Source: Elsinoe ampelina (Eukaryota). From it: a stretch of 64,000 nt of DNA. The translations under genes and the position numbers were made by a program. The notes beneath the pieces were generated by a model. It was given only the letters and a program-made list of their open reading frames with translations. It did not search any database and was not told the DNA's origin. Below, in pieces: positions 1 through 12,488 of this stretch. Location of the stretch: positions 349,433 through 413,432 of the forward strand of contig ML992505.1 of assembly GCA_010093995.1 (NCBI GenBank), written 5' to 3'. Position 1 is the stretch's first letter. Each line of letters starts with the position of its first letter.

Positions 1-560
1 TAGATTTATAAATCCTTATTATAATAACACTATAAGTAATTCTATTATTCTTATACTAGGTCTTATTCCTAACCTTATAGATTGCCTTAGTGCCTTTACT
101 AGCATCTAAGGCTAGTTCTTTAGGCTTTATAACTGCTAGTATCTAGTCGATGTTATAAATTACATATCTAAGTATATCCTTTTTAAGGAGAGCTACCTTA
201 AGGGTTAATCTCTAAGTATTATAGTTACTTCCTCTCTTAAGAATCTAAGTCTCGAGCATTTTTGCTAATCTAGATATAATAATAGTAATTAGCTAAAGGC
301 CTATTAATTTAATTAATGTAATTAGCTTGTTTAAGCTATTTAAGCTATTTAATTAAAGGGTTAATACGGGCTACTATAGGTGTTTGTCTTAATGTAGCTA
401 GTCTAGAATTTAGTGTAGGTAGCTTAGTAATCCTTTTTGATAATAACACGCTTAATTTGCTATAGCTTTAAGTGCTTTTAGAGAAGCGCTAGGCTTATAA
501 CCTGTTATAACTAGCAAATCGGATCGAGAGACGTGTATTTCATTTAGAGAGCTACAATAA
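1..560. mobile_element. AT-rich RIP-degraded repeat relic (family unassigned)
   Basis: Very AT-rich, TpA-rich and CpA/TpG-poor, no ORF >=60 aa; abrupt change to ~50% GC near 560. Confidence 0.7.
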
Positions 561-784
561 CCGATTTATCTACTGTGCGTGCGCTGACTCATCAGTGCCA
601 GTTCTTCAGTACCAGAGAAGCTGTACCAGCCTTCCATTACAACAGATAAAGTGGTTGCCGATCTTCGCCCGAAGAGGAAATGTGATTGGATCGACGCGAC
701 TTCGCGTGCTCCTCATCTTTCTTCGTCTTCTCTCCAACACCTTCCCTACCTTAGTCACTAATACTGTACAATCAGATAGCAGAC

Positions 785-2486
785 ATGCCTTCTGTTATCT
801 TGAAGGACGAGCGCGATGGTGCTGGTGATCGTCAGGAAAAGATCTTCCACGTTGTCAAAGACTTGCCATTCGAGCTGCGGCAGCATGTCTCTAGCTATCT
901 GCAGGAACAGCTCTGTACGGATTCTCCGATCATCTTGTTCCATTTGCTAAGTCAATGCAGATGCGCCAGCATTTGAGGCCTTACAGAACATGCTCATCTC
1001 GGGAGCCGACCATGCTTCTGGAAACCAACAGAGGACTTTCTTGCCTTCAGATCAGGTTCTCGCTTTAGCATCGACGCTAGTTGTGCACCCACTTACGACG
1101 ACGAGACTTCAGCCCTCCGAGAAGCCAGTTGCAGCTGATCTTGCGCTTCGATACCTACGACATCTCACGATCATCCCGCCTTTGCAATCTGGCTACGCCG
1201 ATGCATTCGTTTTCGCAAGCTCTGACCCGGAACGACAGAGCAGACTCCGGCGGCGTAGGAGTATCGGCGATGTCGCCGCCAACAGTCTGGGCGAGTTTGA
1301 TGGCCGACTGACTACCAGGATCTCTACGGACGATTCTGTATTTGCGCGAGCCGAGGACTTTTGGTCGGTCGTTGGCTGGGCATTCAACTGCTCGATCAAG
1401 CATCCTCGTAGATGGGAGCGATGGCAAATCTGGCTGGGAGTCATGCTCAACCTTCTCCAGCAAGATCTGGATGACCGCCTTGCCGAGACGAACCGTCAAA
1501 AGTCCGACAGCCGCAGCAATGACAAGCTGGATTTGCTACACGACGCCTTGCTATCGAAATACGTGAAATTGCGAAGTAATGGTCGTGGGGAGAAGAAGCG
1601 CATCATGCGAGCTATTCTGGCTGATGGTAGCAAGCGCAGCATGAACGAGTTCAAAGAGGTCTGGCACAACGAGACATTGCCACCGAAGCGCGAGGAAGGT
1701 GATTCGAATGACAAGATTCTTGACATTGAGAACGATCAGTGGGGCGACTACATGGACCTCGATCTTGAGGAAGAGGAGGAAGTTCCTGAACTCGCCACTA
1801 GGCGATCGAGTAGGCGAGGTGGAGCATTGACCCAGTGCGGCGACGATGAGGACTATGACGATGTCGACGAAACCGATCTCGCCCATACTGTTCAAGACTG
1901 GGGCGGCATTACATCAATCAATCTTCGTCGGCGCATCCTTGGTCTGCTGGTAAGGTACACAGAGGTTTACCCGATAGGTTTCGTCAGGGTCTATGAGCTC
2001 TTCGACGTCGCCAATGAGTTGATACGACCCTTGCCTCTGTCAATATTCACGCACTTTGTCTCTCCAACCAAAGCCTATATGAACAGCTCCGACGCTCACT
2101 GCTCTCTGGTCCTTGACCTCTTCCGCACGATCGTCGGAGACAAGGCAATTACTCATAGGAAGGGCGAGCTTGACCAAGATGATCTGGAGAAGTACTATCT
2201 TCCCGCTACCGCAAGCGGACCGGATCCAGTAGACAATGCGAAAGTAAGCATCATGGTCGAGACTCTGATGCGGTTGATGTGGAAGGAAGGTCGGCTCGTG
2301 GCAAGATCATCTTTGAGCAATGCTGTAGCACAAGGTCGGCAAGACCGATTAGGTCGCTTGAAGTCAGACAGCAGGAGGAAGACAGAGACCAGAACAAGGT
2401 TGGCGACTGAGGCTGTAGAGGTGATAGAGAATAGCGCTTTAAGAATGGCGGTGGTGCTGGATGTCATAAATGCCACCACCACATAG
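785..2486 (+). CDS. Fungal protein of unknown function (~550 aa, helical, acidic patch)
   Basis: Exon 785-914, intron 915-960 (GTACGG...GCTAAG...CAG) joins in frame to the 498-aa ORF (QEQL/YAPAFEALQNMLISG); motif FWSVVGWAFNCSIKHPRRWERW. Confidence 0.75.
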
Positions 2487-2555
2487 GTAGCTTTGAGATG
2501 AAAGATCCAACGTCTGCTGCTTTCAGAGTTCGCGATTCCAACTTCGCCAACGAGT

Positions 2556-3815
2556 TCATGCCCTTACTCCCAGTAGGGGCTCCCTCTCAACCTCTCCACT
2601 GTTCCTCCACCTCTCCATTCCCACGCCACCCCACCACCAAACCATGCCAACCAAAAACCCCACTCCTTCATTCTTGAACGCCAATGCCCCCGCCACCGTG
2701 ACCAACACCGCCTCCCACCTCCTTGCTTTCTCCTTCTGCCCCAGCTTCTCCTGGTCACCCTCCACATCCCCTCCGACTCTCGCAAGCTCCACCCCAGCCG
2801 CAACAACCATAACCCCCAACAGCGACTTCGGAAAGCCCCTTAGCACTGCCACTGCCTTATTCCCTACGAACAGGCCCAATAGCAACTTCACCGTCCCAAG
2901 AATGATCACACTTGCCCCACTCCTCGCCCCAAAGCGATACTGCCCCGCCAAACCCCCCGAGCCATGACAAACCGGCATGGCCCCGAACCAAGGCGCAATG
3001 AGATTCGCCAGCCCCACTGAGATACCCAAGGACTTGGGCGAAGGGAAATCGAGATGTAGAGCATGCGCGAGAGAGGACACGGCCAATATAGAATTCAGCG
3101 TCGTGAGAGGCAACTGAGGCAGACCCGCCTGCAGCGTACCCTTGAGGAAGTCCTCCGATGAAGGGACTAGTGTAGTAGGATGCCAGATCCATGGCCCTCT
3201 CGATCCAGCCTGAGACGAAGACAGCGCCAGAGCCGAGAGCAGGACGCCGAGCAGCGTCACCACCAACGCGAAGGGTATCGCTGGACGGTGAGACGAGAAG
3301 AACAAGCCCAGAAACGCAACGATCGTGAGGAGGTAGTTATCCCACACCGGGGCGATCCAAGATAGAGGACGCAGGAGAGTCGTACCAGCAGATATAACCA
3401 ACGACAACCCAGCAGAAAGCTGAATCCCCCGTACAATCGGCACGGGGACTACACGAGCAAATGTATCCAGCAGACCTGTGATCGAGAAGACCAGTACCGC
3501 CCCTCCAACGAACATCCCCGCGCTCGCCGTCTCTTCGCGCGAGAAACCCGACGTGAGCGCCACGGCAGCGATGGCTTTCATGGGCTGCACGGGGAGGGGG
3601 ATGCCGTAGTACATTCCTGTGAAGATGTTGGTCAGGCCGGAGAAGACGAGGGTGGAGGTGAAGGAGATGGAGTTTTGGAGTGTCAGGGCGATGAGGAGCG
3701 GGAGGAGGGTGCCGAGGTCGCCTAGGGAGCCGGAGAGTTCGGACAGGGGAGACGTGCGGAGGGTGAGGAGGTTGTGCGAGGTTGTGTGGCGGAGGTGGGA
3801 GAGGAGGGTGGACAT
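2556..3815 (-). CDS. MOT1-family molybdate/anion transporter
   Basis: Intronless 419-aa hydrophobic ORF with SELSGSLGDLGT, PLPVQPMKAIAA and AMPVCHGSGGLAGQYRFGARSG motifs. Confidence 0.88.
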   Translation of the reverse strand: MSTLLSHLRHTTSHNLLTLRTSPLSELSGSLGDLGTLLPLLIALTLQNSISFTSTLVFSGLTNIFTGMYYGIPLPVQPMKAIAAVALTSGFSREETASAGMFVGGAVLVFSITGLLDTFARVVPVPIVRGIQLSAGLSLVISAGTTLLRPLSWIAPVWDNYLLTIVAFLGLFFSSHRPAIPFALVVTLLGVLLSALALSSSQAGSRGPWIWHPTTLVPSSEDFLKGTLQAGLPQLPLTTLNSILAVSSLAHALHLDFPSPKSLGISVGLANLIAPWFGAMPVCHGSGGLAGQYRFGARSGASVIILGTVKLLLGLFVGNKAVAVLRGFPKSLLGVMVVAAGVELARVGGDVEGDQEKLGQKEKARRWEAVLVTVAGALAFKNEGVGFLVGMVWWWGGVGMERWRNSGEVEREPLLGVRA

Positions 3816-4157
3816 GGGGGGTGGTGAGGGTGGGGGAATGGAAGTATGGTTGGTCTAGGGATGGAGGTGAGGGTTGATTATGTTAAGGGTAGGGATGTAC
3901 TGGAAATTTCATGTTGTTGAGAGGGAGGGAGTGTCAGAAATATCAAAGTTGATGGTGGTGCCGAACTCCGGCGGAGATATGTCATGTGGTGCATCTCAAC
4001 CACCAAGAGACCAGACAAGCCTCGGAATTGACGTCCGATGATGCTCCCGCTTGCATTCGTCGCTGCATCTCACTACTCTAGTATCTTACATGGCTCTCAA
4101 CTGGTCCTGTGAATGTCCCGATCCTGCCAGCCCGTTTGCACCATCTGGATACCAGCT

Positions 4158-6001
4158 TCAGATGTCAATGTCAATCCCCAAATCCATGCTCGCAATCACC
4201 TCATCATCCATCTTCTTTTTCGAGAACTGACCCAATGCCTTCTTCTCCTTGAGTCCGTTCATTGGAGTTCCGGCTCTGCTCCTACCCTTCTTCGGCGTTC
4301 CAGCTTGGCTGACATCGCTGGCGTCACCGAAGAGATCGTCGCCGGGTACTTTGAGCCCACCGTTGGCCTTGGCTGCCTCTTCGGCTGCTCGCTTCTTCTC
4401 TTCTTCCTCCTTGTGCTTGAGCGTGGCGGCAACGCGTGCGCGTTCCTGCTTCATCTTCTCGGCGATGAGTGCTCTGCGAATCTCGTCGCTGTTAGCTTTG
4501 CGATTGGCCTTGTTGAGCTCAGCAAGACGGCTCTGTTGATCATTCTTCTTGACTGGACTCTTAATAATTGGCACACCAGACTCGAGAGCAGCCAAGTCCT
4601 TGGTAGCGCGAGCGGCAGACTCCTCGTCTCCACGGGCAGCAGCCTCGTCGCGGCGGCGCAGGATCCGGTCGCGATTGTGATCCTTGTAGATCTGGCGCAT
4701 CTTGTTGGCGAGGTTGATCTTGACCTGGATCTCGGGGTCGGTGAAGCGATGGTCGATGAGCACGCGTTCGTCGTCACACTTGGCGGCCAGTTGACGCTTG
4801 GTAGGTAGGCGAATACCATCGCTGTTGAGGGTAGCTGCGTACTCATCGAACTCGGACTGGGTAAGTCGACTGTCTGAGCAGGCCGAGAATGGATACTCCT
4901 TCTCGTTCTTTCCGTTCGAGGCGAGGATGTACTGGTTGGTGTGTATCTTCTTGTTGTTGGGCCCATCGACCACGTAAGGGCGGTTCTCGCTGATGCCTGG
5001 GACATGTCAGATATGCTTGCTCGCGCCTCGCAGAAATACTCACGCTTGATCTGGCACATTCTGTACCTTGGCCCAGAAGACTCCATGCCGACATTGACTC
5101 GAACGTAGCAGTTCTTGAGCAAAGTGTCGAAGTTGGGGTAGAAGCAGTATTTGGCGAACTGCGATCGGCCGACTCGACAGCGCTCAAAGTCTCGAAGATC
5201 GGGTGGTGGGTCATCCTTGCGCGCAGGAGGCGATGCGCGGCGGCCGTCGTCCCATTCCACTTCGCTCTCGCCTTCTGCATCGCGATCAGAGTAGGAGTCG
5301 CCAGCAGATGGGGTGCGCTCTTTGCGACGACCCTCCTCGCCCCGAGCACGAGCAGCACCTTTGAGCTCACGTTGTCTCTTATACTCCTCGATCTTGCTGG
5401 TGACCTTGGTCTTTTGTCTGCTGCTCTTCCTCTGACCATCGTCCAGGTCAGCAGCGTCGGCTTTGCGCTTCTTGCCATCATCGTCTCCACGGCGAGATTG
5501 CAGGAGGCGCTTGAGTTGCTGATCTTGAGCGCGTCTCTGTGCTTCGGCGGCGCGTTCGGCGAGAATCTCCTCTCGGGCGATTTCGGTCATGCCCATGATC
5601 TCTGAACGATCAGCCTCGGACCTGAACTTCCCCTCGATGGGATATAGAGGGGCTTCGTCTTCGATTTCGTCGCCAGAACCTGATGGTAGGCGTGCTGGAG
5701 GTGGAGGCGATTCTTCTTCGGACTCGCCAAAGGCACTGCTAATGATAAGTCATGGCGATCAGGTCGAGGGGACCGTGGCGGCCTACTCTTCTTCCTCTGA
5801 TTCATCTCTGCGGGCTCGACGGGCGCGTCCACGAGACTTGAGCTTCTGTGCCACCCCACGCCTGGGCGGAGACTTCTCAATGGACTTCTTCGGCTCGCTG
5901 GCCTCCTTCTTTGGTGGTGAAGATGGAGCATTATCCTCCTCAGCTGAGGATTCATCGCCCTCGAGCGCGAGAAGCTCGGCATCGAGATCGTCGTCGGACA
6001 T
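4158..6001 (-). CDS. RTF1: Paf1 complex subunit Rtf1 (Plus3 domain)
   Basis: Start MSDDDLDAELLALEGD; YPIEGKF...REEILAERA region; Plus3-like RVGRSQFAKYCFYPNF...YVRVNVG...YRMCQIK; C-terminus MDLGIDIDI; introns near 5740-5786 and 4997-5043. Confidence 0.9.
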
Positions 6002-6402
6002 GTTTGCTGATGTTGAGTAGTGTTTTGCGAGAGCAGGTACTTGGAGTATGATCTGGATGCCAATTGAGAGGCTCAAAAAGTGGGAGGAAGGTAAAGTGAA
6101 TGCAGGGGAATGAGAAGTGTGGGCGGGAGCTCAACTGTCAGTAAAGACGTGAGAAATTGTGTAATGAGGCGCAGTACAGCTATTGTAACAAGGTGGCTGG
6201 CGCGATCGTCGGACAATAGGATTGATCGATACCAATAAAGGCACAATCAATAGCAAACAATGTGAAGTCGACACGACACGGGTGAACTTGAACTTTTGGA
6301 CCTCACAATACCTTGGCGTCGTGCGAGCAAATCTGGACAGCCGTAGAATATCTATGACTTCACATGTCGGTGATGTCAATCTCAGACAGTCAAGACACAA
6401 TC

Positions 6403-7183
6403 ATGTTACCTCTCAGAACAGTACGTCCTCTATCCCGTCGCTGGGCGCTATTAGAAGCGCCTCGGCATACGGCGACCATCACCTCGTCAGCTGCATCACC
6501 CGCCACTGAGCCAAAGCCAAAATCCGTGGAAGGGAAAACGACCCAGAAACGAACCCGGCCACTAAGTGACGAGCAAAGAAAGTTTCTTGATAGTGCTGTT
6601 AGTGGTCTCTCATGCCGCTCTGTAACTCGCGCTGACCACCATATCATAGCTTCGTGTAAACCATGCAGGAGAGCTCGCCGCGGTCAGAATTTATGCAGCG
6701 CAGACACCTCCGGTTGTCAAAGCTCACCCGCACTTGCGACCGTTGATGAAGCACATGTACGATCAGGAAGCGGGTCACTTCAAGAAGTTCAACGAGATGC
6801 TTGCCAAGCATCGTATCAGACCTACAATCATGTACCCAGTCTGGCAGGTTGCAGCAACTGCTCTGGGCTGGACGACCGCGATCATGGGTAGAGAGGCCGC
6901 CATGGCTTGTACAGAGGCTGTAGAGACCGAGATTGGCGAGCATTACAACGGCCAGGTCAGGGAGATACTGGGCTGGATCAAGGATATGGAGGACAGAGGA
7001 GAGGAGCCAGGCGAAGAACTCACAGAGCTGATCAAGGACATCCGGAGGATAAGGGACGAAGAGCTTGAGCACCTCGATCATGCTGTCGAGCATGACGCAA
7101 AGGAGGCACAGCCGTATGATGTGCTGACCAATGTGATTCGTGGTGGATGTCGAGCTGCAATCTGGGTCAGTGAAAAGGTATGA
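6403..7183 (+). CDS. COQ7: Demethoxyubiquinone hydroxylase Coq7 (mitochondrial di-iron protein)
   Basis: Arg-rich presequence MLPLRTVRPLSRR; after intron ~6598-6649 reads LRVNHAGE; AMACTEAVETEIGEHYNGQ and RDEELEHLD iron-ligand motifs. Confidence 0.95.
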
Positions 7184-7569
7184 GTAGAAGCCGCAACGAG
7201 AGAACCAAAGAGAAAACTCTTTATCGCGGCAGAATCAGCATGGCCAGCAAAACTTTCACCGTGACCTGGAGGGCCTTCTGGCAAGAGAAGACGAAGAGAC
7301 TCGCTACCTGCGAAGTGAGGACGACACCCGTCAACAAGTATTGTCAAGTGACAGAATGCAAACATGGAGGTAGGACAATGTTTCATTATCCAATTGTCTT
7401 GACAACCTCACAACTTCGTGGACTGTGTAACCTTGGTGTGATCCGTGCCTGACGCCAAAAAACTACCAGAAGCTTTCACGTGCCAGACAGAGAATCCAGA
7501 GGATCATACATGGTGGTCCCATCCTTCTGCTTTCCACCTTCCACGAGCGCTACAACATCCAAGATCGCA

Positions 7570-9223
7570 ATGTCGTCCGTGACTGGCGACCCTTCCGAGA
7601 TGCTGTCTCGTGATAACACACCCAACAGGCAGGAGCTACAAGGACAGCAGGCGCTTGCCAGTTCGCCAATGCCAGCGAATCCTCACAGCAGTCCAGATAG
7701 CGCCGTCTACATTCACCTACCCCCAAACATTACTCAGACCTCATCCATGCGCGCTATTGACGACTCATCCGATATGCTCGCCGTCGATACACTGAGCGAA
7801 ACCATGCTCCGCGAAAGCCGCCAAAAACAATTGCTGGCACTGGGCTATTCACAAACGGAGGTTTCACGTTTCCTCTCACGACCCTGCTTCGACCGAGCCA
7901 ACGAGCTGCTATCGTCCAAGATTCCTTCATCATCAGGCAGTCGTGGCAATACCAACGTAAGAGCCCAAAATTACAAGGCTCTGCAGATCAATGCTGGCAC
8001 CTCGAGCAACAGTGAAATTCTCTGTGAACAATTCTAATGATTCGACTGACATCTGTACAGATTGGGTCTTACTAGATCCCTATCAGCCTACACATATACT
8101 GCGCAGTCTGGCTGCCACTTCACAGGCCCCCTCAGGGCTTGAGCTGTGGAAGCCCAGTCAAGAAGTGGCGTTCATTCACATGCTGCAATATGCGTTCTAT
8201 GCCCCGCCCATACTTCTGTCTCCAACTACATCCAGCAGTCCGGACGCTGGAGCATCAAGAGCAGTGAGCTTGGCCGCCAGCGTCACCTCGTCCACTGCTA
8301 CTGAAATCCTCCGAGACTCGCCAGCCGCTTTGACAAAAGCGACACGCACTAGGAAGCACACTCCCACCGCGCCTGCTGCTCGCAAGACCCCACCAGTGTC
8401 TGCATCTGATCCGGTTGCACCGACGACATGCAATGGTGACGGCGCCTGCTCACCAACACATGCTGGCCAGAATCCAGCAGACCGCTTCCTTGAGTACAAC
8501 ATAGTGTCTCATGCCGTGAGGAATCGTGCCGGCTTCCAATCCCGCTTCTCCAAATCTGGCGAGATCAAAACAGTCGTCTACACCCTCAATGGCCCACGAT
8601 GGAGTGATAATCCTACCCTGCCTCAAGCCGATGCCATCCTCGGAGCTGAAGCCGGAAACGCCGGCATCAAGACTGAGCAGCGCCTCGAAGCCACCAAAGG
8701 GGCAAAGCTGAAGCTCACCAACAAACCCATTCCACCTGGTGAAGCAGCCAAACGTCCATCGCGCACGTCTATTTCTTCCAAGAAAATAGAAGAACCAGAA
8801 GGCAAGCTCCCCGTCGTTAAGAAGGCCCTGCCCACCGGCACGAAGACCCGCACCCGCACAGCAGCTCAAGCACGCGAGCCTCCGTTCGGCGTCTTCAGCG
8901 ATTCAGCCCCTCGTAAGAACAGCATCGACGCCGAAGCAGAAGCGCTGAAGCGACACCTGAGCGAGAGTCCATCTGCAGAGGAGCACTATCAGAGCGCTGA
9001 GGAAGAGCATAACAATGACGATGGAGAAGAGAGGCAAGGTCATAGTGCTAGGGCGGTCGCAAAGGGGACATTCGCGACAGAGGGCACCGCTAAGACGACC
9101 GAAGACGAGGGGTCCAAAGAACCCATGAGCATGAATGGAGAGGTTCCTGATAGCGAAGGGAGTGAGACGAGTGAGCTCACCGAGCTGGATAGCGACGAGA
9201 TGAAGACGCCCAAGATGTTTTGA
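7570..9223 (+). CDS. Hypothetical low-complexity protein (Ser/Thr/Pro/Lys-rich, acidic tail)
   Basis: Two long overlapping ORFs joined in frame by a putative 49-nt intron 8012-8060 (weak GTGAAA donor, CTGAC, CAG); no recognised domain. Confidence 0.55.
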
Positions 9224-9786
9224 GCGCTGGAGAGGGGTGGATTGTGTGTGCAGGTTCGAAGGGCGATGAGACGATGAGATAGTTGGCCGAAGAGACAAAG
9301 GAGCACGGCGACGGGATTCAACGCTGGTCATGTGTCGTGAAGAGCACTGGCACAACTCACAGAGTCTTAATGAAGCACACCACACAGCAGAGCACGTAGG
9401 GACCGCAGAGTGCACATGACAAAGCTCAGATGAAAAGCGTATAGACATATCATTCGTCTACCCAAAAATCCACAAAGGGCCCACACCGTAGTGCGGCCCA
9501 GAGAAGTCTCAATGTCCCGGCCCTGCAAAAGCCGGGGAGAAGAAGCCAAGAAGCTAATACCATCGCTTGAATCTGATCAAGTCTCTAAACCCCCCTTCTC
9601 GCGAAGGTATGAAGGGGTTCTCAAGTTGCGCTCGCTGCCCGTGGAATGAAAAAGACGCCTTTTGATCCCGTTCCCTATGCCCTGTCCGTCCCTAGTGGTG
9701 GTATAGTCGTGTCGCGTGAAGAAGAAGAAGAAAAACAAGATACAATTCACCCTTTGTCCCAAGAGGCAAGGGGCGTGGGGGGGATG

Positions 9787-11157
9787 CTACTCCTTCGTAG
9801 CATGCTCGTCGCCGAACGGACTCGTGTCCCGTCCGCCTAGACCTTTGTGGTCTGGCACCCGGCTTGCTCTCCGCGTCGCCTCCTCGATCACGGCGGACAG
9901 GTTCGTGGCGCCGGTGTACCGGCTGCTTGCGCTCCGCGTGAGGTCCGAGTCATCGGAGAAGGGGGATTGCATGGTGCTGGTGGCGGGGGAGGAGACGTTG
10001 CTCTCGCCGTTGTTGCGGAGGAGGCTTTGTCGGGCGCGGGCGTGGGGGTCTTCGTCGTCGTCTTCGGTATCCGTGTCGAGGCCGAGAGGGGAGCGGATGG
10101 AGGGTTTGCTGGAGGCGTTGGATTGTTGCCTTACTGGGAAGCGGGAGGTGGCGCCTTTTTTGAGGATGGTGACGGCGTTAGGTTTGACGAAGGAGGCATT
10201 GGATCGGACTGATGGGGTGCCAGAGGCGGGAATCATGACTCTAGGTGATTGGGAGGTGTGGGCGGAGGCAAAGTCCGAGTCGGGTGAGGCGGGCTGTGTG
10301 GTTGGTAATGAGGAGCCTGACTTGACGCTCACCATGTTGGGGCGTGTCATGACTACTTGTTGTGCGGGCATTGGGTTTGTGCCCGCGTCGTCTTGGTAAA
10401 TGTCCGAGGCGACTGATTCTCGTGCTAATGACGGCGAGATGCTTGGTCGGCCAATGAAGGTCTTTCGGTTATCCAAGGTTGATGTGCTTGAGTATGCTGA
10501 GTTTCGAAGATCTCCCGGCGAAAAGAAGATGGCATCGCCCCCGGAGTGTTGCGATGAGAGCGGTGAGGGTGAGAAGCTGCGTGCAGCTGGAATGGGTGGT
10601 ACTGGTGGTGTGCCTGCGGTCGTCATGGTACCGTCTCTGTTTGTGACACCTGGAATGAAGGCGATTGGAATCATGTTTGACGCCCGGCTGAGCACTGTTG
10701 AGGCAACAGAGTGGACTGTGTGTACCGAAGCCCTGGCATCTCGTTCCTCCCGGAATTGTGATTTGGCGTCCTCTTGATGTTCCTCTTCTTCCCACTCTTC
10801 CTCGTACTCGTCTAATTCTCTTCGCGGCCGTATCCAGAACCACCAGACCAGGAAAGTAGCAATCGCCACAAATACCACACCTCCAACCACTCCACCAGCA
10901 ATGGCGCCGACATTCGGACCAGATGAAGGAGTTCCAGTCGTCACACCAGTCGCTACGCATACCATGTGCGCGCATTCATCACACGATTGTTGTACAAGAG
11001 AACAGACCTGTCCACCAGGGCAGACTGGACATGATGGTGTTTCCGGGGGACATGCCAGACAGTCGCGCTTGAAGAGATAATTGCCTGCCGAAAAGTCAGC
11101 GCGCCGGTCACCGATATATATTCTCTCCTTTTCCTTACCATTCGACATGGAAGCCAT
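9787..11157 (-). CDS. OPY2: Opy2-like membrane anchor of the HOG/filamentation MAPK pathway
   Basis: Cys-rich CLACPPETPSCPVCPGGQVC...CDECAHMVC domain, single TM (GAIAGGVVGGV...VWWFWI), long Ser-rich tail with RASNMIPIAFIPGV. Confidence 0.88.
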   Translation of the reverse strand: MASMSNGKEKERIYIGDRRADFSAGNYLFKRDCLACPPETPSCPVCPGGQVCSLVQQSCDECAHMVCVATGVTTGTPSSGPNVGAIAGGVVGGVVFVAIATFLVWWFWIRPRRELDEYEEEWEEEEHQEDAKSQFREERDARASVHTVHSVASTVLSRASNMIPIAFIPGVTNRDGTMTTAGTPPVPPIPAARSFSPSPLSSQHSGGDAIFFSPGDLRNSAYSSTSTLDNRKTFIGRPSISPSLARESVASDIYQDDAGTNPMPAQQVVMTRPNMVSVKSGSSLPTTQPASPDSDFASAHTSQSPRVMIPASGTPSVRSNASFVKPNAVTILKKGATSRFPVRQQSNASSKPSIRSPLGLDTDTEDDDEDPHARARQSLLRNNGESNVSSPATSTMQSPFSDDSDLTRSASSRYTGATNLSAVIEEATRRASRVPDHKGLGGRDTSPFGDEHATKE

Positions 11158-12488
11158 GGCTGTATTGAGGCCTCAGGCCTCGCGACGATATTGCGGCGTA
11201 AAACCACTCCAATGTCGCGAGACTCGGGGTCAGGGTTTTGACTCGACGGTAACAAGCCCTCTGCCTATCGTCCTTGCATGAAGAAGAAGTTGAGAGGAGA
11301 AGTGTCAACGACGAAGAAGCCCGTCTGTGTCGATCAACGGATACTTGTCAGGCTGGTGAACCTGTGGCTCTTGCTGGTTCTGGAGTGCGTCGTCCCAAGG
11401 GGCGCGCGGCTAGATAGGAGGCCAGAGAGTTTGAATCGGTCTTTCGGGGGAAAAAAGGGGTGGATGACCGTTGAAGCGAAAGAATTCTGGTGGTTTAGCG
11501 AGTGACAAAGGCGTAGGCAGGTCGATGGTAGAGAATGAAAGGATAGTCGAGCAAAGGCGTCTTCACAAACCACAAGCCTGGCCGTGAGATGGAAGCAAGG
11601 GCGACAATCAGTTGGTCGAGACGGGTGATGGGCGGTCGTGTGGGAGAGACTTCTCGGGCAGGCAAGGTTGAGCCGGGAAAGCCCAAGAAAGTGTGGGTCA
11701 GTGGGTCTCAATCTCCGTGCGAGAGGCTGAAGGCGACGGCTTGCAGCTTTGGCGTCCCTGGCGTCGACACAAAGGGCAAAGCGGCCCTGCGCTAGGAGTT
11801 GATCGGGTTTGGCTCGCTCGTATTTTGGTCGACGACTTTTGTACGGGCCTGAAGACAAGCCCGGGCCGTGTTGAAGAACTGTTCTCGTACCCTCGTGCGA
11901 CGGCGTTTGGCACGAACGGAGCATGGACAGTCGAGATCGACAATCGTTGTTCGCTAACTTGCACAATAGGCAACGGACAAAGCACATATATCAAGACAGG
12001 AGATGATTCATATATCGCACCTGGTAGGATCTATTTTCTTTGTTGGTCTTACGGCCTCATCAATAGTCGTGCAGTTCATGTTTAATTAGATCCGCCAAGC
12101 CTCACCCATCAACAAAGTGCCCACAAGGCTAGTCCAGATCTGTCAACTCCGCATGTCGCTGTTTTAGCCAGACTTCTCATTCCGTACCATGTGACCGGGA
12201 TAGCTGAGCTGGCAGATGTGATGCTTTGCAGCTGCCCCTCTTTGATCGTCTCTGCTTGATCTCGAATTGTAAGGTGATGAAGTCCAGATGTGTTGCGGTG
12301 TGCAGACCTCTTCTACCATTAAATGCTTTCTCGGGTAGTAACACCTCTGAGACACTGCGAGGCTGCGTCATGCCCCTGACTCTCGAGCATCGAAGCAACT
12401 CATTCCGCAATGAGCCATGTCATATTTTGACTGGATCGAGGGCCGAACGTGCGGTCTTTGTACCTTGGATATTGGCTCCCATGATAAT

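Noticed and set aside
11265..11279. uORF MQGR* upstream of OPY2
   Set aside because: Too short to distinguish from chance without conservation or transcript data.
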